From Lingula anatina (lineage: Eukaryota > Animalia > Brachiopoda), in NCBI GenBank assembly GCA_051362555.1, contig CM120641.1, positions 20,398,001-20,462,000 of the forward strand: a stretch of DNA of 64,000 nt, in the 5' to 3' direction. This document shows, in pieces, positions 27,433 through 42,921 of the stretch; the first letter of the stretch is position 1; the number at the start of each line of letters is the position of its first letter. Under the pieces are notes generated by a model. The model did no database searches, was not told where the DNA came from, and worked only from the letters and a program-made list of their open reading frames with translations. The position numbers and the translations under genes were made by a program.

Positions 27433-30400
27433 TAGGTGCCATAATGTCTCCCTTGGTGAAATAGTGAAATAATTTATCCCTGAGAGGTCTAAGACAGCAT
27501 TTGAATTCACTCAATGGATAGTTTCAAAGTGAGAAATTAAGTCTGCATGTACATACATGCATACACTCTAGACATAATTATAGACGCAAAAGATGATCAC
27601 CCAATTCCATGGTAACCAATCTCTCATTCATTTCTGGTCACGCCTGTTGAGGATTACAAATATCAAGAAGGTATTATGTAGTAGATATGACGTCAATCCT
27701 CAACCAATTTCAATAAAACACGCAGTGAATTGTATTAATAATACCTACATGTAAATCACTAAAAGCAATTACTCTACATTCACTGCCACTGTTATGTCTG
27801 GAACTATTGAAATAAGTTTGACATTTATGGCATCAACATGATCAAGTTTTAAGTTTATGTTAGTTTTTTGTGTTGATAAATCTTGATATGATGATCTCCA
27901 TACAAGTAAGTCAGGAAAAATTCAATAGTCTGATGAGAGACTTTGGTTCCAAACTAGTTAGTCCTCATAAATCATTTTCATTACTGCCACAGGTAAGGTT
28001 TGTTACTCGGTTAATTAGATACCAGGTACAGTGTAGATAACTACCTGACCAAAATTTACCCTCTGATATAAGAGGCTTCTAAAATAGTGCATGGTACTTA
28101 AGTATGAGAACCTGTGGAAAAACAGTCAATCTGAGCTTCTGGTGTAAGCAAACTACCATGCTCCAACCCATACCAAAAAATCAGTGGCTTGGCAGTAGAG
28201 GAAGACATTTGTAGGGTTCTGTGTAATCACTCAAATGGGAATCTGGAGGAAGTCTGAGGTTTTGTTTGACTTAACATTATGTAACATAGACAGGGATGTG
28301 CACTGCTCAGCACCTAGGTGTGAAATTGTCCCCACTGACAAATAGCAAGGTTATGTCTGGCAAGGAACGCGTGTCTGTTGAATGCATGAAATAGCACAGG
28401 GTATGATACAAAAATTTTGTAAAATTTTACTAGTGCACCCTGTGGTGAAAGAGTAAGACAATACAAAGATCTTGTTTTTAAAGAATTTGTAGCATACCTG
28501 AGCTGCTCATCCAAGCTAGCAAGTATACCTATCAAGGTCTTCCTATCAAGTGTTACTCAATTTTATTGAACTGAGTTAGTCTACAGAAAGAGATGACCAG
28601 GCAAAATTGCTGAATGTTAAAATGCTAATTTTATTCAACTTTTTTATTTAAATATTTCTAAAAATCCAAAGAAAAAAATACAGAAAAGAATCCCCAGGTT
28701 CACAAAATTTTGTCAAGATATTTTTTATCAGAAAGGTTTAGTTGGAACAGACTGATAAACCATTAGAAAGAAACTGAAATTTCTTTTTAAAAAAACATAC
28801 AAAGAAACAATGAGACAAAACAGACAGAGACAGACTAACAAGTATCAGGGTAATGCAGTCAACCTTTTTCTTGACTTACAGTATGTCATTGGTATCTACA
28901 CGAAGCCACTGCAGTAACTTCAAGAATATTCCATACCATTCTTGACTTAAAGATTAAATATATATGTGTGTGTGTGTGCATGCATGCGGATGCAGGCAAG
29001 CAATCATGTGTGCATGTAAAGAAATCTTACCTGGTGTACTCCCTGTGCTAGATGACTGGGACAATGCCGAACCTGTGCTTTCCTGTTGACTCAACACAGC
29101 ATGTTTGCTGCCCTTTCGATTCAAGCCATTTTTTCCTTCAGTTGAAGAGGCGCTCACAACAGAGTCCGTCTTGGACATCAGGGAGTCTGTTCTCTTCTTG
29201 GTAAAGTTAGAAGGTGGAATGCTTGTGCTGGTTTCAACATTGTCATCCTGGAAGGTAAATATATTTGACAATAAAAAATCAGTGTTATTTTTCTTCTTAT
29301 TCTAATTTTTTTTAATACATAGCTATTTTTTGCAGGACAAATGACATAAGCAATTTCATGATTTCATACATCTGCAGAACAATTCTCACACAAACAAAAT
29401 GCCAGCTAGTGCATGCTATATCTAAAAATAAAACTGCATAATCCTACACTCTTAATTTAAGCAACACGTCTGTAATAAGTGCAAGGATAAGATTGACTAT
29501 CAGAGCACATCTCCATATTGTTAAATTGTACTGCACATATTTATAATACTAAAAATCATGAAACTATAAGCATGAACAGGGGACAAACAGAAAAATCACA
29601 ACTACTACTGTAAATAGTTTAGGCAAAAATATGTTTTATAGCATAACAAAGTAGATGCTCAACATTATGTAAGCTTAAAAGAAGCAGTTAATAGAAGCTG
29701 CTACTAACTTTGTCTTCATAGGTAACCAAATAGTTAACTATTAAACTACTAATGGACAAATATTGTGACAGTCTTAATTTTTAAAAATCTATACATAGTA
29801 GTAAATGTGCATGCAAGAATAAAATCAGCTAGCTACATGTTCACTGTGGATGAGGTGTCGTTGTGAACAATGTTAAATTGAACTGAAATAATAACAATTG
29901 TTACATGATCACAAATTCTGATTCCTGATTGATTGATTGAGAGGTGAAGGTTCATATGGTCTGATATTGATCAGGAAACAGGAGATACAATTTTTATTAA
30001 AGGACTCGACACTGTTGGCATTTGATCCCCAACCTCTCATTTCCCACCAACCCTTAGGCCATCACGCTATATATCTCGTCTGAATAATTATTTTTAAATG
30101 TTCCAAAAGATAAACATACATATCTCTCTCTCATTTCTATACTTTAGAAATAAATAAAGTAATAATCCTAACTTAATGCGCCATCTTGGATCTAAAAATG
30201 TCAACATTTCTTGGAACCTGGCATGGGAATCAGTCTCGTAATCAGATGCATAAAAAGGCTCTTTCTATTTTTAAATGTTTCAAGAGCTACTTGTTTGTAT
30301 CTCTCTTTCACTGTTATACTAGGAAATAATAAAGTATTGATTTTAAAGCCCCGTACACTTGCCAAACTAATTTTAAAAGGCAGACTCTATGGGACTAATA

Positions 30401-33400
30401 TAATTAGTCCCACAGTTGCACATCATGTACTTATGTCAATCATGTATATGCTGTAAAAGAGAGCACAATTATCCAGTTCCATTCTTCGGGGAACCACTCG
30501 CATAACACACAGATTAATAAAATGGACAGATTTGCTAATGTTTACGAGCCCGAGGTAACTAAAGATGAATTTGAAATTAAAATTTTGCCACAAAACCCAA
30601 CCAAATGCCACGTACCATATAGTTTCAAATAGTGTAACTAATATAGAAATACTGACGGAATCCTGAAAAAATAATATTTGAACAGATATCTTCTGCTTTC
30701 TCTCTGCTATATATAACCTCAGTTGTTTTTGGCAACTCATTTGCATAAGTATGCAAATGCACGCACAGCTACATCCATACACTGGAGTGATGAAAATGTT
30801 CTATATCATTTAGAAGACTTTAACAAACTAAAGGAATGGATAAATAGGTCAATTTCCCAAATGTGAAGAAGGTGCAAAGTTAAAGCTATTTTTTGCCTGA
30901 ACAAAGGGGTAATTTGGTTTATGACTTGACATGTCAATTTTGTTTTAGTTGTATAGGAAACTAAGTTTAGTTGAAGTGGTTTATATGCATTACTGGGAAT
31001 CCACACTAGCTTTATATGTAACTTAATTATAACTCAGGTTGAATTGTTTGGTGTTGTCATTCTCACTTGATATATTGAGCTGTAGTGGGTCTGTTTTTTA
31101 ATACACTACCATGCATTCCTATACAGCAATAAAAAAAATTAACTCTTGAAAGTTCTCAATGTGTTTTGTTTTCAAAATATGTGATCATGCAACAAAACAG
31201 TTAAACACTGTTTTGGTCATCCAACTGCAACATTTTGACCCAAAACTGGAATGATTGACTGTCCTCACCCAAATTCAATAAAAAATAAGATTGGACTTTG
31301 CAGTGTTAAATCTAATAGTTTAAAGAAACAAAGATAAGGGTCAAACTTTCTTCCATCTCTAAATAAATGTATACTAATTCAAGAAAGATCCACCCCAGTT
31401 ACTTTACTGCACGCACAAGTGAATTAATGAATCTTCTGAAGTCCCTATAGAAAAATGCCCAGTAGATGAAAAGGTAAAATATGAGATGATTGGCATCTGG
31501 TAAAATATCCCCTTTCCATTTGCTATAAATCACGTTAGTAAAATAAATAAAAACTGGGGAAAATCAAAATGGGTAAATCTTAATCACCTGAACTCCAGCT
31601 TGAGCATTATTGGACTGAAACAATACGACATTGATAATAATAATAATAGTAATAATAATAATAATAATAATGAAATAAAACCCCGCACAATTGAAAATAT
31701 TTAAAAGCTGTAACAACAACGAATACAGCATGATAGTTCGGAGATGTGAAATAAAATTATGCCCCCTCAACACACACATCATAACTGATTCTTAAAACAT
31801 GCAAAAATTACAAAATGTCATGTAATGGTAACCTGCTAACTTCATTAAACATTAATGCTGCTGCTTCCATATAAACAAACAAATAAATGAAAAATGTGTA
31901 AAAAGCTTGCATTTTTTGCTATTTTTGATAAAGGAGTGATTTCATATGCTGCACCAAGAAGTCGCTTGGACAGCCGTTGAACAAGCGTGCCAACTTGTAG
32001 CGTATTTAATGATAAATTTAAAAAAAACTGTCTTACCTCTACATCAAAGTCCTCCATCAATACTTCTAGTTGTTTGGAATGTTTTTCGAGCATGGACTGG
32101 TAAGCTATGGGGTTTGCCAGGGCTGCTGCGAAGTCTGCAAAAGTCAACGATAAGATTTTGTATACAAATACTAACTATGCAGGCACCCTATTCCAACTCT
32201 CTTAAGAAAATAATGCCTACCAAAAGACCATCTATTCCAGGTTTTGTTGCAGAATAAGAAGCTTAGGAGACTGAGAATAAGATCTCATTACAAACTTTTC
32301 CGGATATGAAAACATAATCCTGGCATCATGCTACCTATGACATGGTTAGTTGCAGGCTACAACTGGGTTCATAATAACCCTTAGCAAAATAATAAGTGTG
32401 ACGCACACATTCTGCAGTAGACAGCTAGCTGCCACAAAAACTTTTTAAGGGACCATTCCCACAGATATTTGGAACGATCTATCTCCCTGAGGAGTCTCAT
32501 TCAATTGATATCAATTTAACCGGCTTAAATGTCTGTCACGCCTAGTTAAACTGTTTGGGGGGTAATTAGCTTTACCCCCTGGCTGATTCAGTAGGCATGA
32601 CAGACATTTAAGCCGTCAAGTTGATAGCAATTTAGTGAGACTCCCCAGGGAGTTAGACCGACCCAGATGGATCGATCTAGGCATGGGAACCCAGTCTAAG
32701 ATGTCCTGCAACCTTACCACACACTTTCAAAAGCACAGAATAGCATGCGACTAGTGTGCCAGAAACTTTTTTAAAACAGAAGTCACAGTGCCCCAAATGT
32801 GCAGGAAACTAAAAATTGTGTTGGAAATCGAGGCAAATAGTAAAAGCAGTCAAAAGCTTTTCATGAGTGTGTAACAGGGGTGTGCTGTATTTCTATTTTG
32901 CTATGCAAATGAGGCACGCTGCACACATGCATGAACAATTGCATACAGCCAAAAATTTTCATAACTTACAGGGTACAGCGTGAAAAAAAATGGGCATGTA
33001 CTAGTACCTGTGGGATTTTCATTTAGAAAAGGCCTAGCATGAAGTCTGCTATTAGAATAATACTTATATCATATTCAAAGATCATATGCAGACAGATTTC
33101 TTTAGAGAGCAGGATGTCTAAATAAGCAAAAAAATCAAAAAGACGAGCATTAGTACGTATTCACATTACATTTTATCAAGCTAATCCTTATAAACACACT
33201 GATATGCAAGTTGTTTATCATAGCATACCAACTTTTAGCATAATCAACATCAGTATTTATACATTTGTGTAAGCTAGCATTATACTGTTTTTTTTTTTTT
33301 TTTTTTTTTTTTGTTTTTCATTCAAGATATGCCAGGTTTGATGTTGCGAAGGCTAATGCATGATGCTATGTGGCAAATAAATGTCTTGAGTTAATGCTAG

Positions 33401-36400
33401 ACATGAAGCCATCTTCAGTTTTCTTTAACTAAAAACCACATAAAATGAAATCTTTATTGTGTAGTCAGCAGTGTTACTATTAATTTTAGATATTCTCTAC
33501 ACATTTTTTTCTTTGTTTTTTATGGAATGAGCCTTTAAAGAATTTATTGTTATTATTATCACAATATCTATTTTTTAAATCTTTGGCATTCCATAGATAA
33601 TATAAAATCCTTTCTTACAATGTATGACATGTTAAATATTTCTATACGACATATATTTATAATCCTGTTGAAATTTTTACACAAGAAATATTTTAAAACA
33701 AATCTTTATAAATTTCTATAAAAGAACCTGTACTTATGTTTCTGAGATATAACATGATTTGAAAATAATGACATGTATCTACACTGGCATTAAAAAAATT
33801 AAAGCTGCCTATAATCCTTGCAAAAGCATGTCCTAAACATAACATTCATATACAGCATTTCTGAGATTGCTTAACACAAAATTTATAAGTCACAACATTC
33901 AGTGCATGAATTAAACACATAAACATTAAAATCAACAACATACATTGGATCGATTCTTACAAATAAGTTAACTGAAACAAAAACAAATAAACTTTGCATG
34001 CTACCTTGTGCTTTAACAGATAAAACAGGATCACTCAGACTGCAGTTTGCCTCTCGCTCACTGGATCTTAACTGTCTTGTAGCAGAGAAAGATGAATGTT
34101 TAGGATCTACAATAGATCCTGTGGACAAAGCCTTTTGCATAGTTTTTTCACCAAACACCAGACGCTCCCACCATGACGTAGAAGTGACTGACATTTTTTT
34201 CTTGTCTCTGTACTGGTTGTACATGTCTATATATGCTCTCTGCAGAGAGGGACACAATCTTCAACAAAAGGCTCTAAGGCTTAAAACTCGTAGAGAGCTG
34301 AAAATTTAGCCCTGTAGCCCTTGCTTCTTCTAAAGAAACATCATGCCAAGCTTCCTGCTTATTGGAAACTTGATCTGGAAATTATTCTGTGAATTCCGAG
34401 AAATCATCTGCCGTCACATCTGGTGGTTCAAAATGTCAAGGATGTCATTTCCACTGTTAGTCATGTCATCGCCGTGGAGTGTCATCCCGATGCACAGCTT
34501 GAAAACCAAGTTCTTTTCCTTTTTTTAGTATGAACGAGAGGTATTTAGTCAAGGTAAATTCATGTATATTCATCAAATCAAGGAAAGTCAGCATATCTAT
34601 ATCATGAAATCAATCTGCCCCACCGACCATTCATGTGGAGGTGACATTTGTTAAACCTGTTCCCCAGTCACCAAAGCAGGGAACTATGATTAAAACATAA
34701 GACCATTGTTCCATAATGTACAAGTAGATCATCCTTGCTATTGTTGCTATATGTGCCACAGTCTGATAACATTCCACAGTAAATTATTGAACAAACTGAA
34801 CCAGCTCTGCAATACTAGGTTGCATTCACATCAGAACTAATTTAACTTGAAATTAATAAACAAAACAGAATCATTTGCAAATTAGCCACAAAGAACACCA
34901 ACTTAAGTATAATCCAATTCTGTAGTTATTTAATGATGCATTTTGCTGTTCTGTCAACAAAACTTGTGGCATATGGCCATGTTATCTGTCATGTTCCAAA
35001 ATTTAGAAAAGAAAAACAACACAGTTTCTTTTTTCAACAGAACAATAAACAACTTCTCATTTCCAACACCACAACTATCAAATGACAAAGTAATCTGCTT
35101 TGTCATGAAAGAGTTCATCACGGTTAACAAACAAATCAGCAGACTTAATAATCACTCCTCATCACAGCATGCTTTTGGATTGAAGAGATCTGTTACCATG
35201 GTACACAAATTGCTAGGCAACACATTATCTGGTAATCATGAGCTTGGCAACTATATTTATCACTAAAAGCAGCTTTATTGTTGGATTTAACACGTTCTCT
35301 GTAAGATTATACTTGTATGAATTACTTATAAGACAATGCTAAATCATTTACACAATGCTTTTCAAAGTTGCCAGGCTCCATCCCAAACCAATAACATTAA
35401 TGGCATGATAAAAAAAGGTTTCTTTCCCACAAAAGGCAGAGTGAACTTTGCTCTTTTATTGGACAATTATTAAAATTTTGGATAATGCATTAAAAATTGT
35501 GAGTCAGGTTCTGCTTGTCTGTGTTGTTGCACAGCAGTTTTCACTCAGAGAACGAGTCAGAATAGTTTTAGGGTTGCAGAAATCTTAGGAGTGGCCTAGC
35601 CCCCATCTGTCAGCATTTAACTAATTAGTCCACGCCTTTAAGCCAGGGCTTCCCAATCAACCAATAGAAAATGGGCATAAGTCTAAGTTCCATCCAATCA
35701 TACATTTTATTGCCCCATGGCTATTGCCTATCTTCTCTCGCTCATTACTGTTTATCAGTATATGCACCCTGGTCAGAGAGTAACCATGTCAGGAACATGC
35801 TCCAAAGCAGACCCAGGTATAGATTTGTGGTTCTACACTGGTTACAGACTGCACGGACTCTGCAAGCTGAACCTGGTTACACAGGAAAATTCACCGATTT
35901 CACATTCCACTGATTTTGATGTTATATATGTTTCTAAACATGAAGCATACACAAGGTGCATGTAGCTCATCATGTATACGTAGTGGCATGAGTCTGTCAC
36001 TGGGAGACAGCAGCACATGCCTTGGTCACAGAAGATCTAGATATAGCAGCAAACAGACCAACTGACAAATAAACTGATAAAATTCAAGTATAAAATTTTC
36101 TCTTTTCTTCTGTACTACTCTGCCATATGGGTGTAAGCCTACCTATTCTTTTGACTTATGAGGATTTAATTGCACACCTGTTTCTGATTCAGACAATTCA
36201 GTCTGAAACAATAATAGGTAATCAACACCCCAAAGTAATAATCAATTACCCAATGTCCTGACCATATAAGAAAACTAGAAAATTACATAACAAAATTTTC
36301 CAGACCCGTAAATAGAAACGGCGCCTGGTAAGTAGTCTGGTAAATATATTGTTTTTTCATCTCACATGTAGATCTACTCATGTGTCTAGTTTCCGTGACT

Positions 36401-39400
36401 CATTAGGAGAGCTGAAGCAGACTTTTTTTTTTTTTAACAATCTAGACCTTGAAAAATCCAGGTCATTATGATGCAAAGAACCAGGAACCAGCTCACAAAA
36501 GAACTTAAAACTGAAAGTTGGTCTGAACTTTAAAAACCAAAGTTTGTGTCTATTTTGACAAATGGTAATTCAAATGAAATTTAGTCCAAAAACTGGCTTA
36601 ATTTTTAGACCAAAATCTCGTCTACTTAGACCCCATGAAATGTTGTGTCAGTCTTATAAACAGAAGAAAATAGGCACCAATACACATACATATTAAGTTT
36701 AAGTGAAATAGTTATTCTTTTTTTTTCTTTTGAAAACTGCAACTTCTCCTGCAATGAATTCAGTTAAAACAAACTTTTGGTTAAAAATTATTGTGAAACT
36801 AGTCTGAAAGCATACATATTATCTGTTAAGCTGCTTCCATTTACACATGTTCCAAGGAGTTCTTTAAAGTTAAAACCATAATGATATGTGATCCAACCTT
36901 CTGTTCTTTCTGAAGTCACATTTAAAACATTTTTTTTACATGTTCATTTATTATATACAGGCATGTATTAAATGTATAACAGTGTAGTACATAAGCCTAT
37001 TTCAGGCAGGTATTATGACATATTGCAATGCACAGGCATATTTAGGAGTCAATATTGTAAAATTACAGTCTATAGGCATATCAAAGCATTTGAAAAACAT
37101 AAACATGTTTACAGGTCAATATTAAAAACATTGCAAAACATACTGATACACATATTGCTCATTTGGATACATAAAAATACTTTTTTTTATTCCATATCTC
37201 CAAAATAAAATAAGTGCAATTTGATAAAGAACTAATTAAATATCTCATTCATTGACCCTCACACACACCAACACTAAGACATTTACAGTATATATGTACA
37301 GTGGAATAGGTATAGCAACAATAATATTTACAAAACTAAACAGACTACGACTGTAACACTGAAAAAACAGACTGGTGAAAGACTTGTTTCTACTAGATAT
37401 AATGTATAAGCAAAGTGAAGTACTTGACTATGTAGCACTGATATAGAGACTAGAGAGAATACACAATTAAGGTCTTCGTTCTACCGGAGATAATTTATAA
37501 AAGTATTATATAACGCTGGTAAAGAACATACAATGTATATAGTTAAAGACATGTTAAAACTGGAGGTAATATATAAAGTTAACGAAAATGTTGAAAACCA
37601 GTATTGTTAAAGACTTGTTAACACTTGGTATATTGTATAAACTAATGCAAATCTTTATGATCTAATACTGATAAAAAAAAAACATGGTGAGGGAACATAC
37701 ACGACTTTGTAAAAAAAGATCATCAGTGTCATATCATTACAAGCCACTTAAAAAATAAAATAATAACAAAATTACAGGCTTAATTATTTTAAAAAAATGT
37801 CACCTACCTTCAAAGGCATCGGGTACATAATCTTTTACAGAGAGATGAACAAAAAGTGTGGGGAGATTCAGCGGTTGGTTCAGAGCATTTCGCAATGGAA
37901 TGTGACGATAACCTAAAAAAATTAATTTAATGTCAAAATTGATTTGGAGATGAATTAAAATGCAATGTCCAACTCATACAACCTTGTGGGCAAAATGCAT
38001 ATTAGTAGTAAGTTAGTAACATTAAAATACAACCAGTCTACTGGTATTTTCATTGTTTGTCACATTTTTAGGAAAATTGTTTCATAAGAGTCAATGATAA
38101 TACTCCTAAAAACTTTTATGACTAGGATTTAGAACTAGACAGCAAAGCTGACAAATATACAGACACCATACAGGAAACAAGGCAGCAAAGCTGACAAATG
38201 TTCAGACATTCAGATGCAGAAAATAGTGCACCAAATAATTTTTGAGCCAATTTTGATGCACTATTACATGATGCTTTAAAACAGCACAATCACTCTCACC
38301 CTCTTACATTATGTACTACAGGTAACATGGACATTGAAAAACTAGCAAGTAATTTTAGACTCGAAATTTGGTCAACATCAGTTCAAGTAGTATTCCACAC
38401 CATTCTGAATTATTAGCCATGTCTCTCCAGTTAAGACACCTGTGCAGTATTTCATCAGACTGGACTTCTACCAATTTCTCTCATGCCAAAGTGGACATAA
38501 ATTTTGGTCTAAAAGTTAAGACTAGTTTTGGGGCTATAGGTGTTGCATGACAGGTCCAAGCAGATACATGTACTTGCAGAAATCCATCCCAAACAGATAT
38601 AAAACTTTGGAAATCACTTTTAAAATCCACATTCAAACCAAAGATTTAGAAAATCACAAAAATGCTGCATATACCATTTTGGAGATTAAATAATACTAAA
38701 AATCATAATAAAGGTCAAATCATATCATACCTGGTCTCAGGCCTTCTATTGGGAGTATTCTGTGGCCAATCATGCGGCCTGTCTCTTCATAAGCAGACAC
38801 GCGTATTAAAGCTAAATGAGGCAGCACAACCTTGAAAAGAACAACAGAAACTGCAGAAATTTGTAAAGGAAATTGAAAAATAAAAACAAATAAAAATAAA
38901 AAATATTTTTAAGCACATGCATAACAATACTGTGATTCAATATGGAGTTGGCCTTTTTTCATGAAATTGTGCACATTCCTTTCAAGTGCCTCAATTAATA
39001 TATTTCCAATTTTCATGCAGCTCAACAAAAAAAAAATAAAAATAAAGAAAAAGTTAACTTCATTTTTTTATTTACTAGAATGCACTCAAGTTAATGAGTT
39101 AATCTAAAAATCCAAACAGAGTGAAGCAATTAATAAAAACAACCAAATACCTTCTTAAAACTGAAAGGCTCATCATCATACACTGGGTTAATGCCATTCA
39201 AAGGGACTACTTTCGTACGTCGCTTACGCACTGTGTCCGTTGGTAATCCATACATCTCTACTTCCACATAGGTGCCAACACGTTTTTCTGTCAGAAACTG
39301 GCCAGAGAGAACCTAGAACACAGCAAAATGTACTCATTTTATGGTTCTGTACAATATCAGTTTTTATACAGTTATGCTTATTACAGTGCAGTACATGGAT

Positions 39401-40262
39401 ATTACGTAACTTTAAACTTACACTACACCATTCCACACAAACCCATGTGTGGTCCAGAACCAAATGGTTCCATCTGCATTGTTACGAAATATAAAGCTCA
39501 CGTTGGGAAAGTAGAGATAATTACATCACTGGTTTTTATACTTAACATGGACATCTTTTCCAAAAGAATTTGCATCAAAATGATATTTTATTTGGATACT
39601 TGTGAATGTCTAAACTTAAAACCTGGACAATAGTGGGCATATAAATTGAGAACATAATGTGGACATTTGTTAATATTTCTGCCCAGAAATGACCTCTCAT
39701 GGACAAACGAGCAGCCCTTCTGCAAGTTTTTTTAACCCACTTAACCCTTGCTCTAATTGTAATCATGCAATCAGAATCACTTGGGACAAATGAACTACAT
39801 CTGCAGAAGAATGGATATATTCAATTGCCCCTGCATAAAGAAACTAAAACCACAGTGGATGTTGACAATGAAAGAGCCAGACGTGCACATGTTGATCTCG
39901 CGAGCATGCATGCAGCACACGATTATGTGGAACAACATATGGATCTTTCATTTTCGACATCCACCTAAGTATCAATCAGATCTACCATTGTCAACACAGC
40001 TGCACGGTATACAGGTATGTATCCATGCTTTGCAGTCTTGCATGTCACATACATAATTAACTGACTTGCACATCTATTACATAGTGCATACCTTTAAAGT
40101 GACAGAAGCAGCAATGATTCCGTCCACCGTGGACTCAGCGAAAGGGTCAAACTGCCTGTCCTGCCTGCACATGAAGTCTGGCTTCAGGAGGTAGCCTGTG
40201 CCACGGTTCCACTCAAAGATTCCAATGTTCAGCTGCATAGCCAAGTCTGGATGGAACATTTC

Positions 40263-40306
<44 letters not shown>

Positions 40307-42889
40307 CATAATGTATAAGCTATACCTATGACCTAGCATTTGAACAGCAGAACAAACATTTAATGAAGACCAAAAGCATGCAGAAAATCACCCAACAGGC
40401 AAAAGTTATATCAAACTTAATTATAAAAAAATATTGTTTTTGATGGTAATTATACATATTAATTTTTTTTAACAGTAAAATTTCTTAAATTTGCTATGTA
40501 TTCCATACTGAATTTAAAAAGACACTGTTGTGATTGTAAAAATTTAATCAATTACTGCACTAGGTGAAAACTGATGATCTTTTCAGAAAGCTAAATCCTG
40601 AAAGCTGAATTACAGTAACAAATCATATCAAATATATATTAAAAAAGCAAAATTGATATCTTTACATATTTATTCATTGTCAAAAATAAAACTGAATTGG
40701 AAACTATCTCAACAATACCTAAGACCTGAAAGTTCAGGGCCACAAGCTGACACCCTGCATTCCAGTAGACCTGTGGCATATAGTTACTGGAGTCCACCCT
40801 GGTGCCACGGGGATAGATCCGACTCATCTGGCGCTTGTTGTAGCTAGTGTTGTGTTAAGAAAAGGTGTTGTTATCCAGGGTGTGAACCCTGAGGTTTAAA
40901 ATGTTAAAAATTGGTGTAGGGTGAGAGAGCAAAGCCAGAACATTTATTTGCATTAATTATATCCATTTGAAGACATCCATCATTCATACTAACACAAGGC
41001 AGCAAAGCTGTCAAATGTACAGACAAAAAGCAGGAAATAAAAAATAGGCTACTGTCAATTCTGATGCAAAAGTACAGTATGTTAAACTGCAAACTCAACA
41101 TCAAATTTTAATTATGCTCAACAGATAATACCAATGTAAGTAAAATGTGTAACAAACATAAGGCTTCAGGACCATGGGAGTTCAAGTTCACACTTTGAAA
41201 ATGTAAAACTTCCAGAAAAAGAAGTCAATTAGACTGCTTTTCCAACTCAAGCTGCATTTTAGTCCTGTATTTCTTTTTTAAAAGTTTGGCAATCATAAGT
41301 AACACGGTTTTCCCATAATGGTCATCATGGCAGCAGCACCCAAAATTGTGTTTTCTTCTATTCTGATGCAATATAACATAATGGTTACCAGCATAATGAC
41401 AATCAATTTTTAATAATAAAATATATGTATCATGGATTTTCAGAAAATGTGACAAGCATGGGTCTTCAAGCCTGTGGAACTTCAAAGTAACACCTTGAAA
41501 ATGCCAATATGTGAAAAATTAAATTTTCACAAAAAATCTGTTTAACTGACAGATTGCATTGCCTACTGAAGCTATATTTTAGTCCCATGTTTCTTTCCTG
41601 TAAGTTTGAGAACAGTAAGTGACATGGTTTTTCTTAAATGGTCATCATGGGAGCAGTGCCCAAAATAGGTTTCTTTCAAATTTTGATGCAATATTACATA
41701 ATGTTTAACAGCATAATGACCATCAATTTTTAATAACAAAATATTAGTATCATGGATATTCAGAAAATGTGACTAGCAAAGGTCTTCAGGCCCATGGAAC
41801 TTCAAAGTCACAACTTGAAAATGCCAAAATGTAAACAAGACAGCACTGTTCTGAAATGTTTTTTTTTTTCCATTTTTAACAATTTTTAACATAAAACAAA
41901 ATTAACAGTTTACTGTCATTTTTATATGATCAACTAAGAAAATTGATGAGATGGGAAAAATATCAATAGAGCAGTGTTAAATGTCCAATTTCTTCCATTC
42001 TGAGATTCTGAACATAGTGAATGATTGAATCTGACAAACTGCAATGATATGAGTTTATTTCCATTTTTGAAACTTTATTACACAATACCCGATAACAAGT
42101 TTACCATCATTTTTACAAAATCAACTAACAATGTTGTAAAGATGCAGGAAATGTCAAACAAAAACTTTTACGTATCTTATTAGTTCAATAATGAGACTGT
42201 TAACATGCCTAAGAATTTAATCTGAGGAAATGTGAAAAATATGCTGAAAAGTGAAAAAACAGCATAACTTCTACAATAATGGCCCGATCATGCTGATTTT
42301 CGAACTTGACCTGCGTTTTATGAATATTCATCAGCTCTGTAAATATAAAGCCAAAAAGTAAAACTGCCCTCCACTTATCGTGTTTACAAGGAAAGTGCAC
42401 GGCGCCGGCGACGGCATCGGCATCGCCATCGGCATCGGCATCGGCGACGACAGACGCAGGTGATGGCAATATGTACAGACACATCTGTGTCTGTATATAA
42501 TAAAAAGAATTCATGATACAAGTATATCACATACAAGTCATAAATGTTAACTACTTGGCACCCCTGTCACCAATTTTACTACTGAAACCCAAGGGACCTT
42601 TCTGGTTCAAGAACAAAATTATTTTTCTGATAAACAACAAGTCACAAAATCAAATCAAAATTAATACTAACAGAACAGCTTGTGCATTTTGCCAAGTCAA
42701 TATTAAATAGAAATCCCCAATGATATCCTTCTAACTTAACATATTACTGTCAAGTGATAAACCTCATATACTCTGAAAGGATTAGCAGACAAGTAGCACT
42801 TTAAAATGAAAAATACAGCAGACTTGTGTCAGCAGATAAACAGATGAATGAAACTGTAACTTAAATGTATGAAAAAATGCCACAAACAC

Positions 42890-42921
<32 letters not shown>

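Noticed and set aside
28498-28580. Possible small exon [10 protein letters not shown] with a GTATG donor
   Set aside because: It ends in phase 2, which is incompatible with the next phase-1 exon; the upstream acceptor gives an immediate stop.
33883-34528. Overlapping 124-aa, 103-aa and 61-aa intronic ORFs
   Set aside because: No domain similarity and no phase-compatible splice pair found.
39699-40056. Plus-strand 89-aa and 91-aa ORFs nested in an intron
   Set aside because: They run across a small inverted-repeat element and show no homology signal.
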